DNA of 64,000 nt from Thermostichus sp. DRC_bins_24 (GTDB taxonomy: Bacteria; Cyanobacteriota; Cyanobacteriia; Thermostichales; Thermostichaceae). This document shows, one piece after another, positions 1 to 10,205 of the stretch. Within the stretch, counting starts at the first letter, position 1; each line of letters starts with the position of its first letter. A model generated the notes under the pieces. The model was given only the letters and a program-made list of their open reading frames with translations. It ran no database searches and was not told the DNA's origin. A program made the position numbers and the translations under genes. The stretch spans positions 12,589 through 76,588 of the forward strand of contig JAUQVK010000086.1 of assembly GCA_039794845.1 (NCBI GenBank), in the 5' to 3' direction.

Positions 1-419
1 TGAATCTGACGAAACCGGGGATCCGCAACCTCCGAGATCTCGGGAATATCGACCAAGGGATCCGCCAGGGCTACCCAAACGTAGCCATAGCGCTCCTGGC
101 AACGGAACCCCTCCACTCTGTAGGTGCGGGGGATGAAGTCTTCCGTCAGCTGTGGCACCTTCACACAGGCACCGGAGCCATCAAATTCCCAGCCGTGGTA
201 GGGGCAGCGGATGTGACCGTTGCAGACAATCCCTTTCGAGAGCTGGGCCGAACGATGACAGCAGCGATCCAAGACGGCGCAGGGCTGCCCCGACTCATCC
301 AGCCAAAGCACCAAAGGAGTCTTCAGCAAGGTAAAAGCTTGCGGGCCAGATTGCAAAGCCGACATCGGAATGACGGGGTACCAAAATCGCTTGAGAACGG
401 GCTGCTGGGTGACGAGCAT
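1..419 (-). CDS. Rieske [2Fe-2S] non-heme iron oxygenase, alpha-subunit type (runs off the window edge)
   Basis: Not in the ORF track. Manual translation from ATG at 419 gives MLVTQQPVLKRFWYPV...DRCCHRSAQLSKG...IRCPYHGWEFDGSGAC, the Rieske CxH...CxxH motif. Confidence 0.85.
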   Translation of the reverse strand, partial: MLVTQQPVLKRFWYPVIPMSALQSGPQAFTLLKTPLVLWLDESGQPCAVLDRCCHRSAQLSKGIVCNGHIRCPYHGWEFDGSGACVKVPQLTEDFIPRTYRVEGFRCQERYGYVWVALADPLVDIPEISEVADPRFRQI

Positions 420-679
420 GAACAGACTCCAAAAATGGTATCGAAGTCGCGGCAAGCGGGAAGAGCAGTTCTTCGCCTAAATTGAGCAAGGTTTTCGTGA
501 GCCTAGGGGCGCAAAGGGTTGTTCTGAAAGACGATGGTAGGAACTTGCTGAGCAAAAATCCGTATTCCCCAACACACCTTGCCCGCACTGGAGGGTGAGC
601 CTTTCCCCATCGGGATCTGCCCTTTTGCGTAGGGATGAGCTATTGATCAAGGGGAGCCAGGCGCTGGCTGTTTGGGAGT

Positions 680-2170
680 GTGAAACTGCCTAACCGACAG
701 AGACCCTGTTGGGCTCCGGCTGTGAGGAGGAGTGGCAAGGTGCAAGAAGAATCCAAGGCGACCCCAGATCCCGCCAACCCAAGAATCCCCCCGGCGCAAC
801 CTGAGACAAAACCTAATCCTCCTGAGCTTGTTAGGGCAGAATTCACCCATGAGAGTGAGCCAGACCGTCCAGCGGATGGGGAGGTGGATGCAGAGCCCCG
901 CATCAGCCGTGCTGAAGAAAAACGACAACAGGAACGCCGTTCTTTACCCTGGCGCTTGGGGCTGGCCAATCTGCTTTCGGCAGGGCTGCATCTGATCCCG
1001 ATGGGGCTGGTGGGCTGGCAACCCAGGATCCCAGAAGAAGTGGATCTCATCACATTTCAGTGGGTGGAGGTGGAAGCCGAACCGCCCCCCGATCCGCACT
1101 TTATTGCCCCTATCTCTGCCCGTGAGTCCGGCCGATCCGAGCGTTGGGATCCGTATGTATCGGTGCGGCAAACCCAAGTGGCCAATCCAAGGGATGGGTT
1201 CGATGGTGCGGAGGTTCCTCCTGCGGCGGCATCACCTTTCCAAACCCGCTCCCAGCCCTTGCTCCCTCCCCCGGTGGATAGCCCTGAGGTGCCCCGGCCT
1301 ACGCGGAACCCCGCGACTTCCCCACGCCAACCGCTTGCGGCCAGGCAGGCCAAGTTAGAAGACTTAGAAAATGCGGTCGCGGAACAAGACTGGGCGGAGG
1401 CGTTGCAACTGACGGAAGACTGGCTGGATCACCTACCCCCGACGGCTCAACAGCGCCAACAACTGCAAGACTATCGACAGCATCTGCAAAGTTTGCTCTC
1501 TGCCCCAACAGAGCCTGAGCTGGCCGAGCCCCACGATCCTCAACCGGAAGCGCCGGTTAGTTCCCCTGAGCTTTTGCCGCAACCTCACCTGTTGGCCCAA
1601 GCAGATCCGCGCCCGATTTTGCCCCCGCCAGAGCCAGCCCCACAAGAAGCACCTTTGCCCCCTCTGCTTCCGATGCAAACCCCTCTTTTCGGAGCCAACA
1701 GTCAACCCGTCGCGCCGTTGCAGCAGCGTTCCCCAGAAATAGCGGTCCCTAAGAACAACAGCCAGGGATCCCCCAACTCCAACACCGATCACGTGGGCCC
1801 ACCCAGTCTAAATGCCGCTGCCGATCTGGATTGGGGAGAATATCTGGCCCAATTCCAAGAAAGAGTGCGCCAACACTGGGCCGTGCAGCGAGCCGCTGGA
1901 TCCTACGTGACGGTGGTGCAACTGCGCCTGGATCGCAAGGGATCCCTGCGGGAACTGCGTCTCCATACCCCCTCAGAAGATCCGCTGTTGGATGCCGCCG
2001 TGCTCAGCGCCATTCAACGCTCGGCTCCTTTTGCGCCCTTGCCCAGCAGTTACACGGGGGAAGAATTGGTGCTGGAGATTGACGTATTGAGTGGATCCCT
2101 GGAGGCCGGCCCTCCTGGGGTTCCTGAGATCAAATCCGAACCCCTACCCCAAGCCGGTTCAGACGGCTGA
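680..2170 (+). CDS. TonB/TolA-like proline-rich protein with C-terminal TonB_C-type domain
   Basis: One TM segment (LGLANLLSAGLHLI), long Pro-rich linker, C-terminal DWGEYLAQFQERVRQHW...LDAAVLSAIQRSAPFAPLP. Start codon uncertain. Confidence 0.7.
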   Translation: MKLPNRQRPCWAPAVRRSGKVQEESKATPDPANPRIPPAQPETKPNPPELVRAEFTHESEPDRPADGEVDAEPRISRAEEKRQQERRSLPWRLGLANLLSAGLHLIPMGLVGWQPRIPEEVDLITFQWVEVEAEPPPDPHFIAPISARESGRSERWDPYVSVRQTQVANPRDGFDGAEVPPAAASPFQTRSQPLLPPPVDSPEVPRPTRNPATSPRQPLAARQAKLEDLENAVAEQDWAEALQLTEDWLDHLPPTAQQRQQLQDYRQHLQSLLSAPTEPELAEPHDPQPEAPVSSPELLPQPHLLAQADPRPILPPPEPAPQEAPLPPLLPMQTPLFGANSQPVAPLQQRSPEIAVPKNNSQGSPNSNTDHVGPPSLNAAADLDWGEYLAQFQERVRQHWAVQRAAGSYVTVVQLRLDRKGSLRELRLHTPSEDPLLDAAVLSAIQRSAPFAPLPSSYTGEELVLEIDVLSGSLEAGPPGVPEIKSEPLPQAGSDG

Positions 2171-2179
2171 GACTGTGGC

Positions 2180-2365
2180 CTAAGCCATGGACTTGCGGCG
2201 GTTACGACGGACAGCGACTGCTTTGCGCTTGCGCTTTTCCAGGTTGGTTTCAAAATGCCGATGGTTGCGCAAATCCCGCAAAATGCCCGCCTTAGAAACC
2301 TGTCGCTTGAAGCGGCGCAGCGCAGATTCAATCCCTTCGTTTTCGCCAATCGTCACCTGGGTCAT
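2180..2365 (-). CDS. rpsU: 30S ribosomal protein S21
   Basis: [28 protein letters not shown]...HFET. Confidence 0.95.
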
Positions 2366-2473
2366 AAGGAAGATATCCCCTCCATCGAGTGTATTCAGTC
2401 AAAGCAGGGATCCCTATCTTAGACCATCCCTGCGCGACTGCCCTCTTTGTTGGCTGCTTTTACGGGGTTGCTT

Positions 2474-3751
2474 CTACTGGGCACGGCTGCCGAAGTTGAG
2501 ACCGGAAACCACCTCGCCCCCGCTCAAATTGACGGTAAAAGAAGCAGTTGCGCCGCTGGGTGGGGGAGGGGTAGGAGTTGGAGTCGGGGTGCTGCCGATC
2601 ACCGATTGCACAAAATCGAAGAAACTGGACACACGGGTATACACCCCAAAGAAATTGGGCAGGGCGCAACCCACCCCAAAACTGGTGATCCCTGCTAGGG
2701 CAAAGCCATTGCCACTGGGTACGATCAGCGGGCCACCGCTATCTGCTTGGCAGGAATCTACCCCCCCCTGGGGAAAGCCGGCACACAACATGGAGTCGAG
2801 AATGGTGCCGTCGTAGGACTGTGGCGCATTGCACTCGGCATTGGAGACGATGGGAACGGTGGCCTGTTGTAAATCTCGGGGAAAACCGCTCGGTTCCTGG
2901 CCGGCAGGTCGGGGGTCAGTGGCTCCCCAACCGAGGATGGTGGCGGCAGTGCCGGGAGCCGTTAAGTTGGTTTGGTTCGGCTGCACCAGAGGCAGGGTAG
3001 CCAAGGAAACGGGCTGTGATAGGCGTACCAAGGCAATATCGTTGCCACTCGGCTCTCCCGCTTGAGGGTTATAGCCGGGGTTGATGACAATCTGGGCGGC
3101 GCGAATGCGTTGGCCGGATCCCACCTCTAAGCGGTTGGTGCCCAACAACAAGTCCAGGTCTTGGGCGTTCAGCACCTGCTGCCCCTGATTGTTGAAAAAG
3201 CAATGGGCCGCTGTGATCACCCACTCCGGGGTAATCAGGGATCCGCCGCAGAACTGGCCCTGAAAGGGATCCTGTTGATCCGCCAATATCAAAGCCACCA
3301 TCCAGGGAAAGGCCCCGGCCGGAGCGTTGGTACCACCAACGATTCGTTCTAGCGCTGGACCGGAGCGCGGCGTGGTGAAAACCCGTCCCGGCGGCAAAAG
3401 GGCGGTGACGCGATAGGTTCCAGGAGGTAGGTTAAAAAAGCGGAAGTTGCCGCTGGCGTCACTGCTTACGCTCGGTTCCCCCGGATCAAGGCGGCCGTTG
3501 CCATTTAAGTCTAGAAACGTGGTGATGCCCGGCAGTCCCGGCTCTCCGGGATCCCGTAGACCATTGCCGTTGACATCGTCAAAATGGGATCCCTCGATGC
3601 GGCCGGTGGCAGGGGGCTGGATCGGCGGAACGGGGCGACTAGAGCTACCTCCCCCACAGGCACTCACACTCAGGGCAAGACACAGCCCCAGCGAAATCGG
3701 CCAAAAGTCAGCAGGGCTTTGGGGAGAATGTGACCCGGATCGGTAAGGCAT
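2474..3751 (-). CDS. Lipoprotein trypsin-like (S1A) serine protease with SdrD B-like domain
   Basis: Lipobox LSVSA-C; IVGG, TAAHC, NDIAL and DSGGP motifs; DxNGNG repeats. Start placed at ATG 3751. Confidence 0.85.
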   Translation of the reverse strand: MPYRSGSHSPQSPADFWPISLGLCLALSVSACGGGSSSRPVPPIQPPATGRIEGSHFDDVNGNGLRDPGEPGLPGITTFLDLNGNGRLDPGEPSVSSDASGNFRFFNLPPGTYRVTALLPPGRVFTTPRSGPALERIVGGTNAPAGAFPWMVALILADQQDPFQGQFCGGSLITPEWVITAAHCFFNNQGQQVLNAQDLDLLLGTNRLEVGSGQRIRAAQIVINPGYNPQAGEPSGNDIALVRLSQPVSLATLPLVQPNQTNLTAPGTAATILGWGATDPRPAGQEPSGFPRDLQQATVPIVSNAECNAPQSYDGTILDSMLCAGFPQGGVDSCQADSGGPLIVPSGNGFALAGITSFGVGCALPNFFGVYTRVSSFFDFVQSVIGSTPTPTPTPPPPSGATASFTVNLSGGEVVSGLNFGSRAQ

Positions 3752-4064
3752 GGGTGGCTTTCCCAAGATCAAGCAAGATAGAGAAGAGGTTTTCGGTGGG
3801 CAATTCGTCCGGCAATCGCCGGCAGTAGACAGAACCTGTGAACAAGGGATCCCCCTGTTCCGGCGCATCCGGGGGGATAGGGCACGCATCACGATACTGC
3901 ATTTGGGGAGCCTGGTGATTGCGGCACTTGGGAGACTTTACATGCTGCTTAGCGCTCTCCATTTGCCCAAACTCCCTAACCTTCAACGCGGCGATGCGCA
4001 CCCTCTGCCTCTTGCCGCCCGCCCATTTGGGCAGTAAAACCGGGGTGGGAGTGGGTGTAGCCGG

Positions 4065-4688
4065 ATGAATATTGCGGTCTTGGGGTTCAAAGGGGGTGTG
4101 GGCAAAACCACCACGGCGGTGCACTTGGCCCTCTACCTGCAACAGGCGAAAGGTGCGCCAGGGTCGGGCCCACCTGAGATGACCCTATTGATCGATGCGG
4201 ATCCCAATCGCTCGGCTTCCCGCTGGGCAGAGCGGGGATCTTCCTTCCCCATTCAGGTACGGGCTGGAGAGCCCACGACGCCCACACCCACCGGCTTTCA
4301 CCATACGGTGATCGACACCCCCGCCCGCCCCAACTCCGAACAGTTGTATGCCCTGGCCCGGCGTTGTGATCTGCTGGTTTTGCCCTGCTCCCCAGATGCC
4401 TTGGCTTTGGATGCCCTGATGCTGACCGCCGATGCCCTGAGGCGATTGGGAGCCGAGCACTACAGAGTCTTGCTCACCCTGATTCCCCCCTGGCCCAACC
4501 GAGATGGCGCCGAGGCCCGCAGCTTTTTGAACCAAGCCGGGATCCCTCTCTATCAGCATTCCATTCGCCGTACGGTGGCCTTTCAACGGGCTGCCCTAGA
4601 AGGGGTTTGCATCAACGAAATCCCGGAGCCTAGAGCCAAACAAGCCTGGGCCGATTATGTCGCCGTGGGGGAGGAGATCCTGTCATGA
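4065..4688 (+). CDS. Short ParA-family ATPase (type Ib-like, no N-terminal HTH)
   Basis: Deviant Walker A KGGVGKTT, LIDADPN, VIDTP. Confidence 0.9.
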   Translation: MNIAVLGFKGGVGKTTTAVHLALYLQQAKGAPGSGPPEMTLLIDADPNRSASRWAERGSSFPIQVRAGEPTTPTPTGFHHTVIDTPARPNSEQLYALARRCDLLVLPCSPDALALDALMLTADALRRLGAEHYRVLLTLIPPWPNRDGAEARSFLNQAGIPLYQHSIRRTVAFQRAALEGVCINEIPEPRAKQAWADYVAVGEEILS

Positions 4689-4978
4689 GCAAGTTTGAGC
4701 GGCTTTTGGAGATGCAACCGGAGGGGATCCCGGCTCGCCCGGCCCCGAAAAAGTTGAGCGCCCAAGCCTACAAAATCCCAGACAGTAAGCCCGTCCTCGA
4801 GCCGTTGGATAGGTCTGAGAATCCTCGCCCCAAACCCAACAGCTCTGAATACGTCAAGCTGACAGCCTACATCCCAAAAGAGACCCACCGAGCCGTGAAA
4901 CGAATCCTATTGGAATCGGATCAAGATCTCTCGGAGCTGATCGAGGCGTTGTTAACCCAGTGGCTACGCTCCCAGTAG
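4685..4978 (+). CDS. Small ParA partner, probable C-terminal ribbon-helix-helix (ParG-like)
   Basis: ATGA overlap with parA; disordered N-terminus, then YVKLTAYIPKETHRAVKRILL..DLSELIEALLTQWL. Confidence 0.7.
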   Translation: MSKFERLLEMQPEGIPARPAPKKLSAQAYKIPDSKPVLEPLDRSENPRPKPNSSEYVKLTAYIPKETHRAVKRILLESDQDLSELIEALLTQWLRSQ

Positions 4979-4990
4979 CCCCCGGCTCGT

Positions 4991-5545
4991 TTACTCGACC
5001 AAGTCGGGGCGGGGCCACCGGGAGAGGAGCATCGCCGCTTCCCAGCGCCGCAGATCCTGGGCGATGTTCAGGGGGGTGAGGCCATAGCCGTCCGGCTCAT
5101 CGATTTCCGAGCCATGTTCCAGCAGTAGTTGCACCACCTCCGGGTTGCCCGACCAGGCAGCAAAATGTAGAGGGAGCCCGCCCGCCCCGAAGCGGGCATT
5201 TACCTCCGCTCCACCCTCGAGCAGGGCCCGGGTCACCGGGGCATTGCCCAGGCGAGCAGCTTGGTGTAGCGGGCTGGCCCCTCCGAAGTCCTGCTGGTTG
5301 GGATCCACCCCGTGCCTGAGCAGAAGGCGGGTGTTGAGGCCGCTGTCCACAAAAAACAGCGCAGTTTTGCCCCGCACGTCTACAACACCGGCATTCTTGC
5401 CCAGCCAGAGGGCCAGTTGCAGTCGCAACGGATGAGCTCTTGCCATAACCTCAGGCTCTTCGGGTAGGGTGTGGCCGTAGTAGACCAAGCCTGCCAACAA
5501 CAGGGATCCCATGCTGAGGCCGAGGCCCAAGAACTTGTGCCGCAT
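4991..5545 (-). CDS. Membrane-anchored ankyrin repeat protein
   Basis: GASPLHQAA, GGLPLHFAA and GLTPLNIA ankyrin repeats; N-terminal hydrophobic segment. Confidence 0.85.
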   Translation of the reverse strand: MRHKFLGLGLSMGSLLLAGLVYYGHTLPEEPEVMARAHPLRLQLALWLGKNAGVVDVRGKTALFFVDSGLNTRLLLRHGVDPNQQDFGGASPLHQAARLGNAPVTRALLEGGAEVNARFGAGGLPLHFAAWSGNPEVVQLLLEHGSEIDEPDGYGLTPLNIAQDLRRWEAAMLLSRWPRPDLVE

Positions 5546-5550
5546 CGCTG

Positions 5551-6336
5551 CTACTCCCCGAACGAGAGAATAATCACCCCTCGGGGGGGCAAAGCCTGGG
5601 CCGAGAGGATGAGGGGGTTGCTGGCGGCCGGCTGAATCGCTGCCGCAGGAAATAGGCTCAAAAACTCCTGGAGAGGCAGCAGCTCACATTGCCCTTCTTC
5701 GGCGGCGGCGGTGCGATACATCGTCGGGATTACCAACTTCGGCTGGAGGGCTTCAATGGCCGCCTTGGCCCCAGCTGGGTCATAATTTTTCGGGCCACCC
5801 CCCACCGGCACCAGCAACAGATCGGGACGAGACAGCAAAATGGACTGCTCCCGAGTGATCGGGGCTGCCGCACCGCCCAAATGCACGATGTCGATGCCGG
5901 CCATGCTCCAGCGCCAACCGACATTCACCCCGAAGCGAGGGCCACGGGGCATGCGCACCCCTTGCACGCGAATCCCGTCCACCTGGTAGTCGCCCGGCTG
6001 AAAGAGCACCCGTGGGTTGCCGGGTACCACATCCAAAGCCCCCTCATCCAACAGGCGGCTGCTCAGCAACACCAGATCCGCCGGCACCCGTGGGGCAGGG
6101 TAGCCAGCCGTGCAGCCCAGCGGGCGAAAGGGGTTGACCAAAAAGCGGGTGCCGTCGGCCTCAAACAGAACACAACTGTGGTGAAGCCACGTCAGCTGCA
6201 AGCCCTCTAGGCTTGGGCTAGGAGTAAATTCGAAGGTTGCTCCGCTCTCAGAGGCGGGTTGAGCGGCTCCCCTCAGGCCCACAGCCATCGACCCCAGCAA
6301 CCCGGCACTGGCTTGCAGCAATAGGCGACGATTCAT
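5551..6336 (-). CDS. Tat-exported metallo-beta-lactamase-fold protein
   Basis: MNRRLLL twin-arginine leader; LTWLHHSC, IVHLGG, LLLVPVGG and PKLVIP motifs. Confidence 0.75.
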   Translation of the reverse strand: MNRRLLLQASAGLLGSMAVGLRGAAQPASESGATFEFTPSPSLEGLQLTWLHHSCVLFEADGTRFLVNPFRPLGCTAGYPAPRVPADLVLLSSRLLDEGALDVVPGNPRVLFQPGDYQVDGIRVQGVRMPRGPRFGVNVGWRWSMAGIDIVHLGGAAAPITREQSILLSRPDLLLVPVGGGPKNYDPAGAKAAIEALQPKLVIPTMYRTAAAEEGQCELLPLQEFLSLFPAAAIQPAASNPLILSAQALPPRGVIILSFGE

Positions 6337-7007
6337 GCACAAGGGATCCCTGACGTGACAACGGCAACGGCTTCCCGAGATGGCTCCGTCGGAGCCGGCT
6401 GAGCAACAGCCAAGGCTTTGGCCCCCCGTAAGAAGTTGTTCAACAACCGTTTGCCCTCTCCGGTCAAAATGCTCTCGGGGTGAAATTGTACCCCCTGAAT
6501 GTGGGGATAGCGGCGGTGGCGTACCCCCATGATCATCCCGTCGCCGGTTTGGGCGGTCACCTCCAGCTCGGCGGGGCAGGTGGAAGGCTCAATCACCAGG
6601 CTGTGGTAACGGGTGGCGGTAAAGGGCTGAGCCAACCCCTCGAACACCCCCACCCCGCGATGGTGGATCGCCGAGGTTTTGCCATGCATCAGCTCGGGGG
6701 CGCGCACAATCCGGCCCCCATACACCTGCCCAATACACTGGTGCCCCAGACAAACCCCCAAAATGGGCAGGGTTGGCCCCAGCTCTCGGATCAAATCCAG
6801 AGAAATCCCCGCATCCTCCGGTCGTCCCGGCCCAGGGGAAATGACCACGGCCTCCGGCTGCAGCTGTTGCAAGTCGGCCACCGAGAGCTGGTCATTGCGA
6901 AAAACCCGTAAATCGGCCCCCAACTCCCCCAGATATTGCACCAGGTTGTAGGTGAAGCTGTCGTAGTTGTCGATGACGACCAGCACGATGACATCCGATA
7001 ACGGCAC
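6333..7007 (-). CDS. trpG: Anthranilate / aminodeoxychorismate synthase component II (glutamine amidotransferase)
   Basis: IDNYDSFTYNL, ISPGPG, GVCLGHQ, RYHSL, GVQFHPES. Confidence 0.9.
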   Translation of the reverse strand: MPLSDVIVLVVIDNYDSFTYNLVQYLGELGADLRVFRNDQLSVADLQQLQPEAVVISPGPGRPEDAGISLDLIRELGPTLPILGVCLGHQCIGQVYGGRIVRAPELMHGKTSAIHHRGVGVFEGLAQPFTATRYHSLVIEPSTCPAELEVTAQTGDGMIMGVRHRRYPHIQGVQFHPESILTGEGKRLLNNFLRGAKALAVAQPAPTEPSREAVAVVTSGIPCA

Positions 7008-7182
7008 CTTATTCTAGCATCGACCCCAGAGTCAAAAGCCTGCCCCGCTTGCTCCAAAGCCATTTCAGCCCATCATGCAACAAGGTGAAACCCCTACTCA
7101 CCTTCCGATCTGGCCCATCTGGGTTCTAATCCGAGTCGATGCGGCCTAGAATGTCGCTGGGATCCCTGATGAAGAGGAATGC

Positions 7183-7620
7183 ATGGTCAAACCCGATTCT
7201 GCCCACTTGCTAACCCCTGATTTTCGCCTCAGCTTGTCCGTGCTGGGCTTGGCGGTGCCCTTGTTCTGGCTTTCCTTTTGGGCAGCGCTGGTGGTGGGGC
7301 TGTTTGGCCTGTTTTTGGTGGTGCAAACCGCTCTGATTGGGCTGGCTTTTACCAAGACCTCTCTGCAGGTGTACAGCGGCTCCAAGCGCATTCGAGACTT
7401 TCCCTACACTGAATGGCAGGATTGGCAAATTTTCTGGCCCTCGGTGCCGGTTTTGTTCTTTTTTCGGGAACGCAAAAGCATTCATTTTTTGCCGATGCTG
7501 TTCAACCCTGCTGAGTTGAAAAGCTGCCTGGAGGAACGGGTGGGCCATCTGCGCTCCCGGCAGAAACTCGGGGGATCCCCATCCGGGGGCAGTTGGGACA
7601 GCTCTCCATCGGGTCAATGA
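7183..7620 (+). CDS. Conserved cyanobacterial membrane protein (DUF3119-like)
   Basis: Two TM helices, then FPYTEWQDWQIFWP..LFFFRE..SIHFLPMLF. Confidence 0.75.
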   Translation: MVKPDSAHLLTPDFRLSLSVLGLAVPLFWLSFWAALVVGLFGLFLVVQTALIGLAFTKTSLQVYSGSKRIRDFPYTEWQDWQIFWPSVPVLFFFRERKSIHFLPMLFNPAELKSCLEERVGHLRSRQKLGGSPSGGSWDSSPSGQ

Positions 7621-8426
7621 GCCGCTCCGGCATGTGGGTTTGGCAACAGGCAGAGGGTTTGCGGTGGTTGCACTGTCAGCTGTTGGCGGAGTGGCCCCAT
7701 GCTTTTGGCTGTCGACAAATGCACCCGCATCGACCGCCCCGGTTGGCTGCCCAGTTGCAGCTCCCCCCCAACCGGGCCGTATGGGGTCATCAGGTGCATG
7801 GCTCCGATTGGATGTGGGCCGACGAGATCGGTGACCCTCCGGGTCGTGGGGAGCACAATGACCCTCCGGATCCACCCGATTCAGAGGTGACCTTCAGCCG
7901 CCCTCAGGTGGATGCGGTGATCGCCCGCCAGGGATCCGATTCTGCTTGGGTCTGTACCGCCGATTGTGTACCGATTTTGGTGGCCAGTCGAGAGTGGGTG
8001 GCGGCCATTCATGCCGGATGGAGAGGCACTGCCGCCCGCATTTTGCCCAACGTGTTGCAACAGTTTGCCCAGGCTGGGATCCCCTATTCCGAGATGCGCC
8101 TTGCCATCGGGCCGGCCATTTCTGGGGCGGTCTATCAAGTTTCGGAAGTGGTGGCAGAACAGGTGCTACAAACGCTGCCCCCAGATTGGGATACCGACGC
8201 GGCGCTGTTGCCGGATCCCCTGCCCGGTAAAGTGCGTCTGGATCTGCGCTGGGTGAACCAGGCCCAAGCGCAAACCCAAGGGATCCCCCCTGAACAGATT
8301 GCCCTCAGTCCCCATTGCACCCTTAGCCAGCCGCAAGATTTTTTTTCCTACCGCCGTGATGGATCCCTAAAGGACGAACTGGGTCGTCACTGTGTGCAGT
8401 GGTCGGGCATTGGCCTGCGGGCATAG
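7617..8426 (+). CDS. pgeF: Peptidoglycan editing factor / purine nucleoside phosphorylase, YfiH family
   Basis: QVHG, TADCVPI, AIHAGWRG, FFSYRR. Confidence 0.9.
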   Translation: MSRSGMWVWQQAEGLRWLHCQLLAEWPHAFGCRQMHPHRPPRLAAQLQLPPNRAVWGHQVHGSDWMWADEIGDPPGRGEHNDPPDPPDSEVTFSRPQVDAVIARQGSDSAWVCTADCVPILVASREWVAAIHAGWRGTAARILPNVLQQFAQAGIPYSEMRLAIGPAISGAVYQVSEVVAEQVLQTLPPDWDTDAALLPDPLPGKVRLDLRWVNQAQAQTQGIPPEQIALSPHCTLSQPQDFFSYRRDGSLKDELGRHCVQWSGIGLRA

Positions 8427-8478
8427 CCGTGCCAAATTGGGAATAATAGCCGTAATACACACCACCGGCGAGGATCCC

Positions 8479-8820
8479 ATGCTTCGGAGTGCCACCCTTC
8501 GGGGATTGTCGTTTATGGCGTTGTCCCTCAGCCTTGTTGGCGGAGCAGAGGCAACCGCCCAAACCAGTTTGAGGGCAATCAACCGCGCCAGCCAACTGCA
8601 ACTGAGTGTCGGGGCAGGACGGGGTACTTCTGCGGCGCCTGTGAGCGCCTCAAGTTCTGGTGAAGAGATGAATACATCAGCTCCCTCGGCGCAAACGTGG
8701 GCAGAGTGGCATATTCGTGCCAATGTCTGTACCGGGAACTTATCCACAGAGGAGTTGGCGGAGCTATTTCCACTGGTGGATCAGGCTTTGGTGGATGAAG
8801 TGTGTCAGGGGGGAAGTTAG
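8479..8820 (+). CDS. Small secreted hypothetical protein
   Basis: Signal-peptide-like N-terminus ending AEATA; two Cys near the C-terminus. Confidence 0.55.
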   Translation: MLRSATLRGLSFMALSLSLVGGAEATAQTSLRAINRASQLQLSVGAGRGTSAAPVSASSSGEEMNTSAPSAQTWAEWHIRANVCTGNLSTEELAELFPLVDQALVDEVCQGGS

Positions 8821-8846
8821 CGATTATCGATGGTCTGGGTAAGCAG

Positions 8847-9010
8847 TACGGCCCGTGGGTTTTCTACGGCAGAGATTGGACTTCCTGCTCCCGCTCCACG
8901 GGGCCCGGAAGGCTAGCCCTCCAGGAGGTAGGTCTCAGCCTCCACGGTTGTGGTATGTGACCCCCTATGGACCCGAACGCACTGGCGTGCTCTGGGCGTA
9001 AAGGGCTGTA
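8847..9010 (+). mobile_element. MITE family A, copy 1 (degenerate left end)
   Basis: TACGGCCC...AAGGGCTGTA; internal CTTCCTGCTCCCGCT...GGCCCG...CCCTCCAG shared with the copies at 10920 and 30550. Confidence 0.75.
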
Positions 9011-9045
9011 AGGTTGAAAAGAAGAAGCCCTAAGGTCGTTGCCGC

Positions 9046-9441
9046 ATGGATTTTGAGAAACTGTTGGAGGAATGGGCCGCAGCCTTCACCCAAGTGGCTG
9101 AAGAAAGTCTGGCCTCTTTGGAAATCTTCCTGACGGAGCTGGCCGAGCCGCTGGCTGTGCCCCTGGAAGAAGCTCTCAGTCAGTGGGAACAGTTTTGGGG
9201 CCTCCACAATGAACCGGAATCGGACCCGGAGCTGTTCAATGAAACCTTCAGCGCCAGCAATATCTATGTCAGCCCGATTGGGTTTGGGGGCATGGTCGTT
9301 TACACCTACATTGCCTCTCCCCCGGGCTGCATCGGGGATCCCACCTGTCGCTACAATGCCCATTCTCTAGAGTTGCGCTGTGCTGTTAACCCCTGTGGCC
9401 CCTGTGAAGGTTGCCCACACTACGAAAAAGCGGAGGGGTAG
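9046..9441 (+). CDS. Conserved cyanobacterial Cys-rich protein (DUF6464-like)
   Basis: C-terminal [30 protein letters not shown]. Confidence 0.75.
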   Translation: MDFEKLLEEWAAAFTQVAEESLASLEIFLTELAEPLAVPLEEALSQWEQFWGLHNEPESDPELFNETFSASNIYVSPIGFGGMVVYTYIASPPGCIGDPTCRYNAHSLELRCAVNPCGPCEGCPHYEKAEG

Positions 9442-9443
9442 CC

Positions 9444-10205
9444 ATGGGGATCCTTGCCGGTTCTTCCGTCGCTCCAGACAGCCAGAGTGTGTCCACTCCC
9501 ACTTGTGACCGCCTGATCATCGCCCTGGATACCCCTTCTTTGGAACAGGCGTTGCAGTGGGTGGATTGCTTGCCCCAAGTGCTGTGGTGGAAGGTGGGTT
9601 TGGAGCTGTTTACGGCTGTCGGCTCCCCGATTTTGCGCGCCTTGAAGGAGCGGGGCAAACGAATTTTCTTGGATTTGAAACTGCACGACATTCCCAATAC
9701 CGTGGGGCGTGCCACCCAAGTGGCCGTCGGCTATGGGGTGGATTTGCTCACCCTTCATGCCAGTGGTGGCAGTGCCATGTTGCGGGCAGCCGTAGAAGCA
9801 GCCCAGTCCAGTCCTTGTCGGTTGTTGGCGGTCACCCTCCTCACCAGCCTCAGCCCCGAACAGCTCCAGCAAGAGTTGTGCATTGAGGCGGATCCCGCTG
9901 GCTATGCCCTGCATTTGGCCCAACTGGCCCAAGCGCAAGGATTGACCGGCCTGGTTTGCTCCCCCCAAGAAGTTGCACGGCTGCGTCAGGCTTTGGGGCC
10001 GGAAGTGTTGCTGGTCACTCCAGGGATCCGTCTTCCTCGCTCCGCCGCAGACCATGACCCGATGGAGGATGACCAACAGCGCATTTGGACTCCCGCCAAG
10101 GCTCTACAGGCAGGGGCGGATTATCTGGTGGTGGGTCGCCCCGTTACGGCTGCCCGCGATCCTGTGATTGCGTTTCAACAGTTGTGCGATGCCGTTGCCC
10201 TGTGA
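9444..10205 (+). CDS. pyrF: Orotidine-5'-phosphate decarboxylase
   Basis: [36 protein letters not shown]. Confidence 0.95.
   Translation: MGILAGSSVAPDSQSVSTPTCDRLIIALDTPSLEQALQWVDCLPQVLWWKVGLELFTAVGSPILRALKERGKRIFLDLKLHDIPNTVGRATQVAVGYGVDLLTLHASGGSAMLRAAVEAAQSSPCRLLAVTLLTSLSPEQLQQELCIEADPAGYALHLAQLAQAQGLTGLVCSPQEVARLRQALGPEVLLVTPGIRLPRSAADHDPMEDDQQRIWTPAKALQAGADYLVVGRPVTAARDPVIAFQQLCDAVAL

Noticed and set aside
420..679. Riboswitch upstream of the Rieske oxygenase
   Set aside because: I could not match cobalamin, guanidine, xanthine or TPP consensus motifs. An Rfam scan would settle it.
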